From: Candidatus Krumholzibacteriia bacterium
Lineage (GTDB): Bacteria; Krumholzibacteriota; Krumholzibacteriia; LZORAL124-64-63
NCBI GenBank assembly: GCA_046484865.1
Contig: JAWOID010000112.1
Location: 1-64,000 of the forward strand
DNA length: 64,000 nt
Direction of reading: 5' to 3'
Positions 62,187 to 64,000 of the stretch are shown here, one piece after another. The position numbers were made by a program, and so were the translations under genes. Every line of letters begins with the position of its first letter. Position 1 is the first letter of the stretch. The notes beneath the pieces were generated by a model, which was given only the letters and a program-made list of their open reading frames with translations, ran no database searches and was not told the origin of the DNA.

Positions 62187-63182
62187 ATGGCGCACGTGAC
62201 CACCGACCCTGCGGCGATCTTCCAGGCGCTCAGCGACCCGACGCGCTTGCGGCTGCTGCGGCTGCTGCGGCGGGACGAGCTGACCGTCCAGGACCTGGTC
62301 CGCATCCTGGAGATGAGCCAGCCGCGGATCTCCAAGCACCTGGCGATCCTGCGCGACACCGGCTGGGCGATCCAGCGCCGCGAGGGGACCTGGAGCTGGT
62401 ACCGCACCGTCGAGCCGGGGGCGTTCCCGGGCGGCCGCCAGCTCGCGGAGCAGGTGTTGCGCGCAGCCGACCGCGTGGCCGAGGCGGGCGCCGACGACGC
62501 GGGGCTGGCCCTGGTGCAGCGCGAGCGCGAGGAGAAGGCGCGCGACTTCTTCGCCGGCGTGGCCGAGCGCTGGGACCAGATCCGCAGCGAGTACGAGCAC
62601 CCGGACCTCCACCTCGGCGCCCTGAGCGCGCTGGTTCCCCGGCGACAGCGCGTGGTGGACATCGGGACCGGGACGGGCGCCCTGCTGCCGCTCCTGGCCG
62701 CGGCGGTGGATCGGGTGGTGGCGGTGGACAGTTCCGCGGCCATGCTGATGCGCGCGCGGCAGCTCTGTCTGCGGCAGGGGCTCGCCCACGTGGACTTCCA
62801 GCAGGCCGATGTCCGGGCGCTACCGCTGGCGGACTCCTCCTGCGACGCCGCCTACGGCGCCATGGTCCTGCACCACGTACCGAGGCCCGAGGACGCGCTC
62901 GCCGAGATGGTGCGGGTGGTGCGGCCGGGTGGCCAGGTGGTGGTGGTCGCGTTCACGCGGCACGATCTGCAGTGGTTGCGCGACGAGCTGGCGCACCAGC
63001 GTCTGGGCTTTGCGCGCGAGGAGATGGAAGCGCTCCTGCGCGGCGCGGGCCTGGTGCCCCGGAGCTGGATGGTGCGCAGCCCCGCGGCATCGGCGGGGCG
63101 GCCTCCCGCCGGCCGCAGTGGGCGGCGCTGGCGCTTCCCGGATGTGTTCCTGGCGGTGGCGGAGAAACCCGCGGCCGGTTGA
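62187..63182 (+). CDS. sahR: ArsR-HTH + SAM-methyltransferase regulator (SahR-like)
   Basis: FQALSDPTRLRLL, SQPRISKHL, RREG; VDIGTGTG, MVLHH, RVVRPGG; directly upstream of ahcY. Confidence 0.85.
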   Translation: MAHVTTDPAAIFQALSDPTRLRLLRLLRRDELTVQDLVRILEMSQPRISKHLAILRDTGWAIQRREGTWSWYRTVEPGAFPGGRQLAEQVLRAADRVAEAGADDAGLALVQREREEKARDFFAGVAERWDQIRSEYEHPDLHLGALSALVPRRQRVVDIGTGTGALLPLLAAAVDRVVAVDSSAAMLMRARQLCLRQGLAHVDFQQADVRALPLADSSCDAAYGAMVLHHVPRPEDALAEMVRVVRPGGQVVVVAFTRHDLQWLRDELAHQRLGFAREEMEALLRGAGLVPRSWMVRSPAASAGRPPAGRSGRRWRFPDVFLAVAEKPAAG

Positions 63183-63304
63183 TCGAGCGGCCGTCCCCCC
63201 GGGACGCGTCGCAGGCTCGCCCCGCACGTCGGGGCACGTGAGAGGTCCGCCTTCCACGGCGGGCGCGTGACCACGTCCGCCCGCGCGGCGGGCAAGGAGG
63301 AATC

Positions 63305-64000
63305 ATGTCGGACACCTACAGCACGGGCGACGGCTACAAGGTCCGTGATCTGGCCCAGGCCGAACTCGGCCGCATGAAGATCGACTGGGCCGAGGCCCAC
63401 ATGCCGGTGATGACGGAGCTGCGCCGCGAGCATGCCGAGCAGCAGTCGCTCGCGGGGATGCGCATCGCCGGCTGCCTGCACGTGACCAAGGAGACGGCCG
63501 TGCTGGTGGAGGCCCTCGCCGCCGCCGGCGCCCAGATCAGCTGGTCCGGCTGCAATCCCCTCTCCACCCAGGACGAGGTGGCCGCAGCACTTGCCGCCAA
63601 CGGCATCTCCATCTACGCCTGGCACGGCATGAGCGTGGAGGAGTTCTACTGGTGCATCGACAAGACCCTCGAGATGAGGCCGATGCTCACCCTGGATGAC
63701 GGCGCCGACCTGATCTTCTCGGTGCACAACCGGCACCAGGAACTCGCCGCCACCATCATCGGCGGCACGGAGGAGACGACCACCGGCGTGCATCGCCTGC
63801 GTGCCATGGCCCGCGACGGGGCCCTCAGGTACCCGGTGATCGCGGTCAACGACGCCGAGACCAAGTGGGATTTCGACAACGTCTTCGGCACCGGCCAGTC
63901 GAGCATCGACGGGATCCTGCGCGCCACCAGCGTGCTGCTCGCCGGCAAGAATTTCGTGGTGGCCGGCTTCGGACACTGCGGCACCGGCTGCGCCATGCGC
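63305..64000 (+). CDS. ahcY: Adenosylhomocysteinase (runs off the right edge)
   Basis: Manual translation MSDTYSTGDGYKVRDL...MP...GCLHVTKET...CNPLSTQD...LDDGADL...EETTTGV...VNDA.TK..FDN. RBS AAGGAGG. Confidence 0.96.
   Translation, partial: MSDTYSTGDGYKVRDLAQAELGRMKIDWAEAHMPVMTELRREHAEQQSLAGMRIAGCLHVTKETAVLVEALAAAGAQISWSGCNPLSTQDEVAAALAANGISIYAWHGMSVEEFYWCIDKTLEMRPMLTLDDGADLIFSVHNRHQELAATIIGGTEETTTGVHRLRAMARDGALRYPVIAVNDAETKWDFDNVFGTGQSSIDGILRATSVLLAGKNFVVAGFGHCGTGCAMR

Noticed and set aside
63183..63304. SAH riboswitch upstream of ahcY (CGAG...CAGGCTCG present)
   Set aside because: It lacks the conserved GAGGAGCGYUGC segment and its pseudoknot partner; an Infernal search with the SAH model would settle it.

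Overview
High-GC bacterial chromosomal segment, mostly housekeeping/metabolic genes. A SprE/PorW-like TPR lipoprotein weakly suggests an FCB-affiliated lineage (inference only). About 50 CDS can be supported from motifs: a PAS histidine kinase; a divergent nucleoside-related cluster (deoxynucleoside kinase, radical SAM, HEPN-like/YfiH fusion, AAA_28 kinase, EEP hydrolase); M16 peptidase; ClC; polysaccharide deacetylase; glgA-HK-RR-glgC; FIST; ECF sigma plus a YfbK-like partner; nitrilase; korAB; pyrR-B-C-(TPR)-K-D; a nucleotide-sugar run ending in a HemC-fold gene; a FadF-like Fe-S protein; DUF5752-treT-otsA; a FabK-like protein; etfBA divergent from lpdA-like/glcDE fusion/glcF; and sahR-ahcY (cut by the right edge). 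No tRNA, rRNA, CRISPR array, transposase or integrase was recognised. The most unusual signals are: (1) an intact HemC-fold protein lacking the cofactor-attachment cysteine and most conserved active-site arginines; (2) an LpdA-fold flavoprotein lacking the redox disulfide and the catalytic His-Glu, linked to ETF/GlcDEF; (3) an HEPN-like domain fused to a YfiH/PgeF enzyme; (4) a structured, lower-GC gap between convergent genes at 38.6-39.1 kb; (5) repeated Pro/Ala tandem-repeat insertions in conserved enzymes. All calls come from reading motifs by eye. No searches were run, and start codons are my choices from RBS and overlap context.
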